Origin: Felis catus
Lineage: Eukaryota
Assembly: GCF_018350175.1 (NCBI RefSeq)
Contig: NC_058368.1
Span: forward strand, 182,096,001 to 182,160,000
Direction: 5' to 3'
DNA length: 64,000 nucleotides
Position numbers and translations under genes: made by a program. The notes beneath the pieces are model-generated. The model ran no database searches and was not told where the DNA came from. It saw nothing but the letters and a program-made list of their open reading frames with translations. Positions within the stretch are counted from its first letter, which is position 1, and each line of letters starts with the position of its first letter. This document shows, in pieces, positions 1 through 12,781 of the stretch.

Positions 1-553
1 CTATTAGATTTTGCCAACAGATTGTGCCATTTGGAGATTAGAAGACTACTGCAAAAGAGAAGGGGTATTATCTTTTTTCCTTCCTTCCTCCCTCCCTCCC
101 TCCCTCCCTTTCTTCCTTCCTTCCTCCCTCTCTTTCTTCCTTCCTTCCTCCCTCCCTTCCTTCCTTTCTTCCTCCCTCCTTCCCTGCATTCTTTCCTCTT
201 CCTTCCTTCTTATTTCAGTGCCTCTGGCAGTAAAGCAGAAGCAGTGAGCAAATAAGTGTGACCACAGGCAGCTACATAGATGTCAGGTTCAGCAGCATCA
301 AGTTGTGTAGGTTCTCTCAGCAGCGATGGCATGGCTCCAAAAGCACCATCAGCAGCATCAGAGCAGTAATTACAGGCAGATAAGGAAAGCTCCTTGAACT
401 TTAAGTAATATCAACTCCTTTGCTTCGTCAACTCTCCTTTCTTTTCTCTATTGCTTTTCTAGCTCCTCACCTCCAATTCTTTGTATTAAACCTCTCACTT
501 CTTAAACTGTCTAAAATGGATACTGTTTTCCTTACTGTACACTAATTGATGCA
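1..553 (+). mobile_element. ERVL-class LTR (LTR40/41/52-like), runs off the left window edge
   Basis: CAGCAGCA-rich body. The 3' end 'ttgtattaaacctctcacttcttaaactgtctaaaatggatactgttttcc...ctaattgatgca' resembles ERVL LTR U5, and ERVL internal sequence follows directly. Confidence 0.6.
74..210. repeat. (CCTT/CCCT)n pyrimidine microsatellite
   Basis: Directly visible; it accounts for the ORFs 11..247 and 22..255. Confidence 0.95.
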
Positions 554-2750
554 GCATTATACCAGGAATGTTCCCAGAAACAAACACACAAAAATCTGGA
601 ATTGGTTATGTAATGTGATTGAGCCTAAATGCAGTTATAATCTTATTACTAGCAGAAAATGGGAAATGGGTAATGCATTCCATAAAGGGACAATGCAGTA
701 ACTAAATTATTCCCTCTCATCTTGTGGAATGATCTGCTTAGTAAAGCTGGGCTTGAAGATGCCGAGTGACTGCTTCATGGTGAGCATGATTACAAGGACT
801 GAGGGGAAGGGGCTCTGACTATACTGGAGAACTTAAAGAAAGAATATGGTGATCTCCTGGCTGTAAATTCTCAGCTCAAAATATGAACAGTGAAGTTCTG
901 TGATAACCCTAATAAAGCTCTAATGAGGTCACAGAACTAAGCCATCAAAACTCAACTCCAAAATTTGATCCCAAAAGCTGGAGAATAACAACCTAAGTTG
1001 AATTCACAACTTCTGCAAGTCTCTTATATAAATGCCTGAGCCCTGGTTAACAAGCACTAGAAAACTGAAAATGGCAGTGAAGATCTGTGAGTTAATTCAG
1101 ATATATCTGAAAGCTTTGAAACTCTAAATCCCTCTGAGCATCCTTTTCCAGAAGTAATTCTTCTTGCCCAGCGAAGAGGAAACCAGCCTTTCCTTGCTTG
1201 AAGAACCTATAGTAAACTCAACTGAAGAGTTACTTGATAGAATGATGCCAGTTATTTTCAAGATACACACTCATCCCAACTTATTGCCTTCATGCCCCAA
1301 CCTAGAGTCAGATCTCTGTAGGCCCAGAATTATAAGAGCAAATTTTGGCCTAAGAGATAACTTACATACTGAAGGCATTGTAAGACTTCATTAACTTATA
1401 TTGGTAGAACCTGGGTAACATGTACAGGACAGGATTCTGATTGTTAGGCCAAGGAAGACAGTACACAACAAATTGATTCCATGTGTTAGATTGACATTCC
1501 TCTAATAGGTTGCTTGATTGGTTGACTGAAACGTTGATTCAAGAATGATAAATATTTAATGAGGTTGTAATGAGAGAGTGTCCATGGAATAAATGTTCAA
1601 GAAGAAATCCAAAGATTAGGAGATAGGGATGCTGTAGCGAATTTATCATGTGCTACCCACTTCCTTGTTCACTGCCTTCTATGTTTCCTGGTAGAATCTG
1701 GACAATTCTTCATTCATTGAGAAAGCCTGAATAGGAGGACTACTAGGATCTTTTAAAAGTTTTGTGATGGCTGACCTCTGCAGGTGATTATTATGGGAGG
1801 TGACATCATTGAAGGAACTCCCTGATTTCAGTGGCAATAATGAAGTGGCTGAGGTGTAAAGGAAAAGAGAATATAGTTACAATAATGGACAGCAGGACTG
1901 GAGTGGCTTTTAGACAATTTTTAGAGGGATTTTAGGTGTTAGCTAGCTAATAAATCAAAGTTCCTTTGGAAGGAATTCAATTACAGATTGGAAAATTATG
2001 GCCCATGGGTCAAATCTGGCATGTCAGCCATTTTCAAAATAGTTTTATTAGAACACTATCTTGTCCTTTCATGTGTATTTTCCATGGTTTCTTTCATACC
2101 ACAATGGCAACAGAGATCATTTGGCCTGAAATGTCTAAGATAATTACTATCTGGCTTATTCTAGAAAAAATATTTGCTGCCTATGAATTAGATGGCTAAC
2201 TGACTATTGTATTGATTTATATACATAATCAGTTAAACATCTAGGTCTGCTATAAGAGACTTTTCTTGAGTCACCATAATGGAGACTAACAGCCTGTTTC
2301 CCACTTCTTAGACCTGAATAGCTTAGCTGGTGTGGAACCCTTTGAATAAAGGAAGCCTGGGTTTTTGCAGAAAGAACGCCCTACTCCTAGTGATCCTGCC
2401 ATAGTATATACTGAAAATACCCTCTAGCCTTTTTGTAAAATGGCCTGCATCTACTTTGCCAGATTACTATGCACAAGGAAAAGAGAAACTCAAATCTTTG
2501 GGGAATTACTAGATATGGGCTCTGAGTTCTTAAGGACCCAAAATGCCATAATCACCAACAAGAGAAGTTAGATGATAAATGGAGTTCAGCATGTCTCTAT
2601 TTTGTAGTTAGCCACTTGGGACCAGAGATCACCCTAGGGATGTTTCCCCAGTTCTTGAATCCCGGTTAGAATAGACATACCAAATAACTGCTGGGGGTCC
2701 TTACTTTGACCCTCTGACTCCTGGAGGGAGTGTGCTGGTTTTGGCCATGG
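554..2750 (+). mobile_element. Decayed ERVL internal region (ERV3-16A3/HERV16-like), gag and protease remnants
   Basis: Broken frames read LLDWLTETLIQE..FNEVVMRECPW (~1510-1590) and EEIQRL/EIGML*RIYHV (~1600-1650), which resemble ERVL Gag. QIFGELLDMGSE (~2492-2527) resembles the protease motif LLDTGSE. Many stops and frameshifts. Confidence 0.8.
1982..2185 (+). mobile_element. MER58A-like hAT-Charlie MITE nested in the ERVL
   Basis: 'tatggcccatgggtcaaatctggc...gttttattagaacac...tactatctggc...tttgctgcctatg' matches the MER58A layout. Flanks aattcaat/aattagat look like a degraded 8-bp TSD. Confidence 0.85.
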
Positions 2751-2779
2751 AATGAGAGCAACTTCCGCACCATTCTTTA

Positions 2780-3004
2780 ATAACCTTCCTCACCTCTTTG
2801 CTCCCTTTACACCTCTTTCCTTAGTTCCTTTATACTTCCTGCCTTTCCCATACTTTTGTGTTTATTCCTTGGTTTTAATTCCTCTCTGCTTGAAATACAT
2901 TAGGGATAAACCTGCTGACAATTGGCTTGGAGCTTACACACTGAGAGAAGAAATTAGACTCAGATCATAATGGCACGTGTTCCTCAATTCCCTCATGTGT
3001 AACA
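2780..3004 (+). mobile_element. Probable old LTR 3' fragment (family uncertain)
   Basis: 'ggcttggagcttacacactgagagaagaaattagactcagatcataatggcacgtgttcctcaattccctcatgtgtaaca' has an LTR-like end in ...AACA. Confidence 0.4.
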
Positions 3005-3129
3005 TGAAGATGTTATATCAAGAGAGACCAAGGAAGTTGCTCAGGGCATATATCTAGATAGTTGCCAAATGTGAGTAGTAAGAATTCCTGGATCCTGATC
3101 CAGTAGGCTAGAGATTCCAAAATCATATC

Positions 3130-3278
3130 TTAATGGCTCTTACATAGTTTTTAAAAATGCATAGAATCCTTGGTCAACTGAGATCTCATAAAGTTGAATC
3201 TCTGGGGAAGGATCCTAGGGATACGTCTTTTTCTAAATCCCTACCGTTCCTAGAACAGCATTTGAGAACTATAGCACT
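3130..3278. mobile_element. MER5-like hAT fragment
   Basis: 'taaaaatgca...gaatctctggggaaggatcctaggga...tttgagaacta' follows the MER5 pattern. Confidence 0.55.
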
Positions 3279-3375
3279 ATATTTAAAATATATATGTAAA
3301 GGGATTGCATTGTGAGTGCATTTATCTATGGCAATGCAAGTTTATGTGAATAAGAAAGGTGAGGAAATAAAACAC

Positions 3376-3425
3376 AAAATAAAATAAAATAAAATAAAAT
3401 AAAATAAAATAAAATAAAATAAAAA
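3376..3425. repeat. (AAAAT)n
   Basis: Directly visible. Confidence 0.95.
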
Positions 3426-4270
3426 CTATAAAGCAGGTGATTTTGTTTTTCATCCCTTCAATAAATGTGCACCCCACTACCCAAAGTAATTATGAAAAAA
3501 AAATTGGATGTGTCTTTGTTTAGCCTTAGTTTCACACAACTCTCATAGTGAGAATGGCTTATCTGTCTTTGGTAAGACTGTAAAGATGTGTGACCCTCAG
3601 AGTCAGTCAGGAGTTTTTATAGTATCTTTAAAAGTTATGTAGTCCTACCAGACTACAGAGCAATATCTCTGTGCAAGCTTCCATCATTCCAAATGTATTT
3701 TTGCAACTCTACAGAAAAACATTTCAAAAATCTTAGGAGCATAAAGGTGCAAATTCAATGAAGTGATGTGGTAGTCTGGGTGGGAAGAGCAGATTTCTGT
3801 GAGATGGTTGGGTTAAATTAGGTAGTAATATGTCTCACACTGAAGGAAGTGAAGTTTGGGATCATTTTCTTTTCTGAGTTATAGTGTCGAAGCTATAGTG
3901 ACTATAGGAATGGGCTCAGTCTAGCAACTGGGGTCAGGACAAAGGACCATAGATGTCCTCACATCTGGATAGCTCTATTGCTTGGTATCCTTTTCATTAT
4001 TTGATTTCAACTGGCTAAGAAGATAGCCCCTAAACTGCATAAAATGACATACTTATTTTCTTAGTGGGTAATATTTTAACCCTGGGTATATTTATAATGA
4101 GATACAGAAAAAAATACTTAAGAGAATAAAACTATAGTACATATTAAAATTTTTTTGTGTTAAGGAAATTATATGTATGTGACTTTTTCATGTATTTACA
4201 ATGTATACAATAGTTTGACCTAATAAATTAACTGGACAGTTTTGCAATTCCAATTTAAAAAGTAAAATTA

Positions 4271-4498
4271 GGGGCGCCTGGGTGGTGCAGTCGGTTAAGC
4301 GTCCGACTTCAGCCAGGTCACGATCTCGCGGTCCGGGAGTTCGAGCCCCGCGTCAGGCTCTGGGCTGATGGCTCAGAGCCTGGAGCCTGTTTCCGATTCT
4401 GTGTCTCCCTCTCTCTCTGCCCCTCCCCCGTTCATGCTCTGTCTCTCTCTGTCCCAAAAATAAATAAACGTTTAAAAAAATAAATAAATAAATAAAAA
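4271..4498 (+). mobile_element. Young felid Can-SINE (SINEC_Fc type)
   Basis: tRNA-derived head ggggcgcctgggtgg with CpGs intact, (CT)n, A-tail, and a perfect 15-bp TSD taaaaagtaaaatta (4256-4270, 4499-4513). Confidence 0.97.
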
Positions 4499-5289
4499 TA
4501 AAAAGTAAAATTAATTTATATGTGTTTTAAGCTGAAATCGTATTGTGCTTATATACATCATTGGAACATAAAAGGGAACTTAAAATACCTATATTTGTAA
4601 GTTTTGTTTGTAAAACATGTGAATATTATATAACTTCTGAGGCTCACCAAACAATTGAAGTAATTAAAAAGAAAACAAATATATTAAATTTATTCATGCA
4701 ATTTAAAAGTTTGAAGTTGTTTCATTAACTAAATTTGTAAATGGGATCATACAGTAATCAAAGACTTCCTTAAAGGTAATTGCTAAAATTTGTTACACTT
4801 ATAAATAGAATAGTAACTTTTGTATACTGAACTGAAAAGCTTAAGGAAGAACCTGGTTTATGAATTTGTTATTAGTGCACTGAAGTTTAATTTAAATAAA
4901 GTGAACACCTGAATAATATTTTGTATGGTCCAAATCTGCATAGCACACAGCAACAACAACAAAAAATGATACTTCTGGACAAAGTATACAAGGATTAGCA
5001 TTTTTTCACACAAGGCCCTTAAACACAAGCCAACTGTTCCAACTTGTGTTTAGCCTTAGACAAACAAAAAAACTGAAAAATCTAACATCAAAGAAAAATT
5101 CACGTTGAGATGATATAAAAATGATAGATGTTCAATTAGTCTCCAACATGGGATTTTCAAGGTTAATTTCGACTCTAAGTCATTTTTTGCTCTATGTAAA
5201 AGTCCTTATGTAAAAGTAACTCTACAAGAAGAAAATTCAGGACACTCACTCATACAATTTCAGCCTTGAAAAGAACCTCGACCCTCATC

Positions 5290-5412
5290 AATTCCAACGC
5301 CTCATTTTGTGACAAGGGAATGGAACCTCAGAGATGTCAAATACCTATGGGCACAGAGACCGATTGTGCAAGAAAGGAGACTGGGAGTCAAATCTCCTGG
5401 GTACCAGTGCCA
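5290..5412 (-). mobile_element. MIR fragment
   Basis: 'cctcattttgtgacaagggaatggaacctcagaga...ctgggagtcaaatctcctg' resembles the reverse MIR core. Confidence 0.55.
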
Positions 5413-6339
5413 ATCGTCATCTCTAATTCACAGCACTTAACCGTCAAGTCTTTCAACATGTGACCCCTGAGCCAGGTCAACATTTTACCCTCCACTTTTG
5501 AAATGGGGATCAGGAAATTAATGCCACATTATACAGTGAGATCATCATCATCAGAACCAAATCCTAGAGCTCTGTTTTTTCACAAGGCCCCGGAGCTTTT
5601 CATTTTTCAACGTGGCACCTTCTGTTGCCACTAAGTATTCACTTGGAGTTCTTTTTAAAGGAAAGTTTCACACACTTCCTATGGCCTCTACTCTCTTATA
5701 GAAGGAGTGACATTTGAGAATTCTGACAGTAAGACATCTCTGACTTCAATCACAGAGTGCGAAAATGAATATTTTCTGCATGCAACTTTGAAGGTTGGTG
5801 CTCTTTTAACATAGCCTTTCAGTTTTACTTGAGATTGACTGCAGGGGAATTGGATGGTAGTTCAAGCAGCACAACAGAGGATGTTTGATAATCAGTGCCC
5901 AGTCTAAGAGGAAGGATGATGAGGCCTCTGTTGCACCAAGGCAAGGCAAAGCCTGTGGCTCTGGGAGAGATAATTGATCCAAAGAAATTTAGTGCTTCCA
6001 CAGAAGACGTCTATAGAGAATTCTGTGCGTTCAAACTCTGCTCTTTAGCTGGTGTTGATGTTGCCTCCATACTTTTTTTTCCCAAATTCCTATTTTGTAC
6101 AGTATTGGTTGGTACCCACTCATAGAATATATATGTATGTCTGTATACATATATTTCTAGTATGTAACATATATGATTATATAATTATGTAGCGAATTTA
6201 AGAACAATTTTTTTAAAAGGAAATAAAGAAGTTAAAGATGAATACTTCTTTTCTTCTTGCTTAATTTGGAAGAAGAAATTCTCACTTGATATATACTCAG
6301 TAGTCCTTTAGAGTTTGCAAAAATATTTTCTTATAGAAA

Positions 6340-8575
6340 CTACCATGGTTGGGTATTAAAGGCATTAACCACCTTGATGTTAGATAATGCTTTCTGTGCT
6401 TGTTTCTATATGTGTTATAAACCCCACAATGCCTTGTTATCATTTTCACTTTAGTAGAAGCAGTATTTTAGACCTACCCACAGATTTGCTGTTTCTGATG
6501 TTTTCATTGATTTCTGTAGATCTGGGGCTCCATTTCCATTTGCTATCATTTCACTTCAGCCTGAAGAATTTATTTTAGCATTTCTGGTAGTGCAGGTTTC
6601 TAGAGACAAATTATTCCACACTTTGATGTCCAATAGAGGTTGTATTTCATCTTCAGTTTTAAAAGATAATTTTCCTGAATATGGGATCCTAAGTTGACAG
6701 CCCCCCATCCCTTTTCAACCCTTTAACGATATTGTTTCATTGTCTCCCGGTCTTCCATTCGGATGAGAATTTAGCCATCATATGTCACACTTAAAAATGT
6801 TCCCCTTCATCTAATGTATCTTCCACCCTTTGGATGTTTTTAAATTTTTTCTCTTTATTCTTTTATTTTTGATAGTTTCACTATGATGCATCTGGGTGTA
6901 CTTATCCATCTAGGAGATTCTCTACACTTGTATCTTTATGTTGATGTCTTTCATTAATTGTAGAAAATTTCCTCCATCATCTCTTGAAATATTTTTTCTG
7001 TACCACTATATACCTCCACTCTTCTAGGATTATAATTACGTGTATATTAGATCATTTGATATTTTCCCCACATGTCTGTTACAGGATGAATTATGTTCCT
7101 CCAAAATTCACATGTTGCAGTCCTAACCCACAGTAACTCAGAACAAGACTGTATTTATAGATAGGGACTTAAAGAGATAATTAAGTTAAAATGAGATCAT
7201 TAGAGTAGGTCCTAATCCCATTTGACTGATATCCTTACAAGAAGAGGAAATTTGCATAGAGACATGTACAGAGATGTCTACAGACATGTATGATTGTGTG
7301 AGGATACAGGGAAAAAATGATCATCAACAAGCCAAAGAGTTAAGCCTCAGAAGAAACCAACCCTCCTGACACTTTGATCTCAGACTTACAGCCTCCAGAA
7401 TTGCAGGAAAATAAATTTCTGTTGTTTCAGACTCCCAATCTGTGGGATTTTGTTATGACAGCCATAGCAAATAAATACAGTGTCTCTATCTGTTTTCAGT
7501 TTGGATAATTTATACTGATCTATCTACTAGTTCACTGAATCATTTTAATTCTATGTACAGTCTGCTCCATCTGTCAAAATTTTTCTTTTCCATATTGTAT
7601 TTTTCATTTGTTGCATTTCCATATTGTTCTTCATTACAGTTTTTGTCTCTCTGCTGAAATTTCCCATTTTTAAATGCATGTTGTCTACTCTTTCCACTGA
7701 ATCCTTTAACATATTTATCATCATGAGATTCTTTAACATATTAATCATAGTGATTGTAAAGTCCTCATGTGGTAATCTAGGCCATTTCTGGATCTGCTTC
7801 TATTGAGCGTTTCCTCTTTTGACTATCAGTCACATTTTCTCGTTTCTTCTTCACGTTTCACAATTTGGGGTTTATATGCTATACATTGTATATACACAGG
7901 CAGTAGAGATTGAAATAAACAATATTTACCCCTAATGCATGTGCATGGCATGTCTCATCTTTTGTCAGGTGATAGTGTTAGGGAGAGGGAGGGTTAATCA
8001 ATCTAAACATTAGGGGAACTGTGTCTAGATTTTGTTGCAGCTTTAAACCGATTCAGTTCACTATTGGTATCAAATGTTTTGAGGATCACTAGAGAGTTAC
8101 TACTCTCTCCCCTGCACTCCCACTCCCAGATTTTTGTGCCTGGGGAAACTTCTTGTTACCCTATTCCTTGCCTCAACCTTTGAAGGATCCTTGCAAAGCC
8201 CTTAATGAAGACCAAGAGCGCCTTAGTGGGATTTCTGTCAGTCCTCTTTTCCCATCTCCAGTGTTTGGAAACCACTGGATCACTCTGCGTAAAAACCCAG
8301 AGGTTCTAAGAAGTTTCTTCTCAGTTCTCATGCCTTGCCCCAGCTTTCAGTCAGTTGCTGTCTTGCACTCCAAGAAGGCCGAGGCTCCTCCAGCAGGTTC
8401 TCTTTCAGCCGTAAGTCCTTCCCTCTCAGGAAAGACTCATCACGGTTCAGATTTTAGTTCATTTAAATATCTTTGTTTCCTCTGCTCTTAGATATGCTTT
8501 TAAAGCTCTAGGATTCTGTAACTCATCTGGATAGTTATTCTTAAGGTATTATCATATCATTAAGCTTTCTACGTA
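6340..8575 (-). mobile_element. Old L1M fragment (5'UTR and ORF1 region), interrupted by an MLT1 LTR
   Basis: Minus ORF 7551..7748 (MLKDSVERVDNMHLKMGNFSRETKTV..NNMEMQQMKNT) is an L1 ORF1p coiled-coil remnant, in T-rich antisense L1 context. Confidence 0.8.
7077..7479 (+). mobile_element. MaLR solo LTR (MLT1B-like)
   Basis: TG...CA ends, 'cagcctccagaattgcaggaaaataaatttctgttgttt', 5-bp TSD atgtc/gtgtc. Confidence 0.9.
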
Positions 8576-8969
8576 CTACCTAAAATGGCAGTCTCTCCTT
8601 CTTATTAACTCTTAAGTAAGAAATTCAACCATGTTTGAGGAAAAAAATTCAACTATGTATGAAGGGGAATAAAGAGAGCACACATAGGTGACAAAATATG
8701 CAGCATGTAAGGAGAATGTCAACTAAGTCAGTTTGGTTACAGTATCTGATACACAAAAGTTAGTTGTAGAAAATGGGCAGATTGGTTTTGACAGAAAAAA
8801 AAATTGTTTTCTATAATCTAAATATACTTAATATGTGTGGCCTGTCCTCAAGTGAATTACACTCTAGGGAAATAAGATTAATAAATGAATTAATACAATA
8901 AGAATAAATGACACCTCATAGTAGTTGTCACAGATTGAAATACATTCTCATTTTTAAATATAGTTAACA

Positions 8970-9110
8970 TATGTCTCTCTGATCACAAATTCTGAGCATA
9001 GGAGTCATGTCTATTATCTTTACCATTGTACCCCAGTCCCTAATTTAGTGCCTGATATGTAAATATGATCAGCATTCCATAAATATTTGGGAAGTGAATA
9101 CATAAATGAA
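8970..9110 (+). mobile_element. L2 3' end
   Basis: 'cattgtaccccagtccctaatttagtgcctga...taaatatttgggaagtgaatacataaatgaa'. Confidence 0.65.
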
Positions 9111-9654
9111 AGGCACGACTCAATTTTAAAGTAGAGTGAGATCACTTTTAGATGGAATGATTAAGGAAGGCTTTGGCAGAAGTGTTCCACCTGGGCCTGC
9201 GAGCCTGGTCAGGATTTAAATGAGATTGAGTTTGAGGCAGGCAAGCCACATAAACAAGAGCACCCCAGTGCCAAAATATTCAGCATGTGTGAAGAAAGTC
9301 AAATAGCTCAGTTTGGTCGAAGTATTTGATATATGAAGGTGAGTTATGGAAAATGAGGTTGGAAACGAGGTTTGGGACCAGAGGGCCTTTTATTTCAATC
9401 TAAGAAGTTTTACTTTTATTTTGTAGACAATGGGGAGTCAGTGAAGGATGGTGCCCTGGGGAATGAACAGGATGATGAATCTGGGAGATGTCTGCAGACT
9501 GGATTCAAATATGGAGAGACTGGAGAGAAAGGGACAAGTTAGCTATAAATTGCAAGTGAATAACAATGAAGTCTGAAAACAGCGCAGAGGAAGTGAGAAT
9601 GGAGATATAGTGACATATAGTAATTATTCTTACTATTCACAATTATTACAGCCA

Positions 9655-9850
9655 CAACAATCATTTATTGTTCCAGGCACTCTACTAAGAGCATTAATGC
9701 ATCATTTTATTATTTCCACAAGGCAACCCTATCAGGTATATAATATTAACTCTATTTCACACTTGAGAACATTAGACACCCAGATCACACCTAGCAATTA
9801 GTAGATCCAGGATGTGAACTAGATAATGTGACTCCTGAACCTAAGCTTAG
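9655..9850 (-). mobile_element. MIR
   Basis: 'ttccaggcactctactaagagc...aaccctatcaggtata...ccagatcacacctagc...ccaggatgtgaac'. Confidence 0.7.
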
Positions 9851-10275
9851 AGCAACTCCTAGGTATGTAAAAGTTAAACCTAAAGTCCAAATAATTCTCT
9901 AGATGTGGAGTAAAAAGGGAGAGGGTTTCCTACTATTTTACTTGTAGGATTTCAGACCTATAATAGTAATCAAAGAAAAGTTTATATTTAGATTTAGAAT
10001 ATATTTAGTCTATGATGCCTCCAGGATATCTAAATGGAGAATTCCAGCAGGCAACTTGAAATGTAAGACTAAAGTTCAAAAGACAGTCTAGAGATGGAAA
10101 CTTAGAATGTGTGAGCACAGCGGAAATATTTGAGATCACACTATTGCCAAGACAGAGAGTACAGAAAATCAGAACAGAGGGCCAAGGACCAATCCTTTGA
10201 GAATGCTTTCATAGAATATCAGGAGAAAAGGCAAGCAGAGAACGAAACTAAGGAGTATCTCTAAGAGTCAGAAAG

Positions 10276-10723
10276 TGTTATGAGTTCAATTGTGTTCCCA
10301 TAAAAAAGATATGTTAAAGTCCTACATCCTAGTACCTCAGAATGAGACTTTATTTGGAAATGGGTCTTTACAGATTTCATCAGGCTAAGATGAGGTCATT
10401 AAGTTGGGCCCTAATCCAGTATGACTGATGTCCTTATCAAAAGGAGAAATCTGGACACGGACATGCACAGACAGAAGACACACAGGGTAAAGACAGTTGT
10501 ATGACTGGACGTGAGGCATCTACAAATCAAAGGATGCCAAAGATTGAGAACAAATACTAGAAGCTAAAAGAGACAAGGAAGGGTTCTTCCTTGGAGTTGT
10601 AAGAGACAGTCCTGCCAACACCTTGATTTCATACTTCTAACCTCCAGAACTATGAGAATTTCTGTTGTTGTAAGCTGCCTCCTTTTCCATACTTTTTTAC
10701 AGTAGTCCTAGGAAAGTAATACA
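10276..10723 (+). mobile_element. MaLR solo LTR (MLT1C-like)
   Basis: tgttatgagtt...taataca ends, 'gggccctaatccagtatgactgatgtccttat' and 'cctgccaacaccttgatttc'. Confidence 0.88.
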
Positions 10724-11340
10724 AGGAAGAAAATCAAGAGACTTTTATTGGAAAACACACATGCATACACATAAGCACACACACATTCACAAACAAGCAA
10801 GATAAGGCTGTTTCAAAAAGATGCGTAGGAATGATCAACAGTGCTAAATGCTAGAGAGATATACTTGAACATAAAGACAGCGAAAGTTCTCTTTTATTTG
10901 ATAATTAGGTACTAATTAGTGACCAGTGGGGGATCAGTTTTAGCAAGGTGGTAAGAGAAGAAACCTATTTAAATTCAAATGCCTACAGACACCAGACAGG
11001 AAACTAACATATGTAAAATATTGGATTATAAAATAAGAACAAGTGGTGATGACTGATAAGCAGAAGGCAACATGCTCCATAAGGCATTCCATTTTTTTTT
11101 TTAATTACCAGGATGTCAGTGTAAAGCACATTTACAGTCCATGAATGTATGTCCTTTGAATCAATGAACAAGTATGCTGTCACTACTTCTCCAAGTCTGA
11201 TGGTATGAGGGAAAGCAGAGAAAGAAGTTTAAAGAGGTTAAAGGACCAAAGGAAAGAGGACATTTTTTAAAAGAATATGGTAGAAAATATCTGCAGGTTG
11301 AAGCTGAACATTCCATGCACAAAGAATATGGTATATGTTT

Positions 11341-11552
11341 GGGGTACCTGGGAGGTTTAGTTCATTGGGCATCTGACTTCGGCTCAGGTCATGATCTCGC
11401 AGTCCATGGGTTTGAGCCCCGCGTCGGGCTCTGTGCTGACAGCTCAGAGCCTGGAGCCTGCTTCGGTTCTGTGTCTCCCTCTCTCTCTGCCCCTCCCCTG
11501 CCCGCACTCTGTCTCTGTCTCTCTCTCTCTCTCAGAAATAAACATTGAAAAA
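11341..11552 (+). mobile_element. Can-SINE
   Basis: Head, (CT)n and A-tail; 20-bp TSD aaagaatatggtatatgttt/aaagaaaatggcatatgttt (2 mismatches). Confidence 0.95.
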
Positions 11553-12564
11553 AAAGAAAATGGCATATGTTTTTTGACTATATAATTATGAGTAATTTTG
11601 ATTAAATAGAACAATGTCCTGCCCCTTAAACTAATCGTATTGAAAAGCTGTGTTCTTTCTTAGATGATGCTATTGTTCAAAATATTTTTGAAATAATTTG
11701 TTTTCAATTGAAAATCAATAATCACTTTTTAATCTCATAAGACATTCAATATAATTATTTAATAGGCATCATACCATTTTAAGACAAATGTTTTTACTAA
11801 ATAATTATCCTGATTCTTCTGATTTGCTTTTGGAAAACAATCAAATCTTATCTTCAAGAGGAATATTAGCCATGGCTGAGGAGAGTCTTGAATCACTTTG
11901 GTAAAGTGTATTTTTCAAAGAATTTGTCCATTTCATCTACTTTGTCAAATTTATGGACATGGAGTTGATCACAATACTCTTTTTCCCTTAATGTTTGTAG
12001 AATCTATAGTTTCCCTTTCATGCCTGATATTTGTTATTTGTGATTTTTGTCTTTTCCTAAAAACTTTTGCTAGGGACTTACCAACTTTATAAATATTTTC
12101 AAATAACCCAATTTGGCTTGGTCAGTTTGTTTGTTTGTCTTTTATTTCATTAATATCCAATCTTATCTTCTTTTATTATTTCCCAAATTCTACTTAGCTT
12201 GCTCTTTTTTTTCCTAACTTCTTGAGATGAAAACTTACTCATTGATTTTATACCTTTATTATTTCCTAACCTAGATATTTAAAACTATATGTTTTATACC
12301 TTTATTATTTAGATATTTAGAATGATATGCTTCCTTTTATGCACTGCTTCAACTTTATCTCCCAAGTTTTGATATGTGGTGTTTTCATTGACATTAAGTC
12401 TAAATATTTTCTAATTTGAAAAGTTTCTTTGACCCACAGGTTATTTAAAAATAAATCAGCTGATTTTAAAATATCTGGGTGGTTTTTGTTGCTACCATAC
12501 TATTGCTGATTGTTGATTTGTGTTATGATCAAAAAATGTACTTAGTAAAATTTCATTTACTTTT

Positions 12565-12781
12565 TTAAAAAATTTTTTAATGTTTTACTTATTTTTGAGA
12601 GAAAGAGAGAGAGAGTGAGTGGGGATGGGCAGAGAGAGAGAGGGAGACACAAAGTCCAAAGCAGGCTCCAGGCTCTGAGCTGTCAGCATAGAGCCTGACA
12701 TGGTGTTCGAACTCACAAACCATGAGATCATGACCTGAACTGAAGTTGGACACTTAACCAACTCAGCCACCCAGGCACCCC
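12565..12781 (-). mobile_element. Can-SINE
   Basis: Reverse SINE; TSD aaatttcatttactttt (12548-12564, 12782-12798). Confidence 0.95.

Larger units (their letters stand above)
8830..10970 (-). mobile_element. L2 remnant (fragmented by L2, MIR and MLT1C insertions)
   Basis: Purine-rich antisense L2 motifs such as 'tttattttgtagacaatggggagtcagtgaagga', 'aattccagcaggcaacttgaaatg' and 'tgatcaacagtgctaaatgct'. Confidence 0.7.

Noticed and set aside
11..255. ORFs 11..247 and 22..255
   Set aside because: They are translations of a (CCTT)n microsatellite.
4271..4350. tRNA-like A and B boxes at SINE heads
   Set aside because: These are tRNA-derived SINE promoters with no intact cloverleaf, so not tRNA genes.
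11238..11585. Recurrent ORFs such as 'MISQ..SSSPASGSVLTAQSLEPA' at many positions, resembling a gene family
   Set aside because: All are Can-SINE translations, not genes.
12246..12325. Small tandem duplications inside old L1s (ttttatacctttattattt twice; ctttaacatatt twice at ~7705-7745)
   Set aside because: Ordinary slippage duplications in neutral TE sequence.
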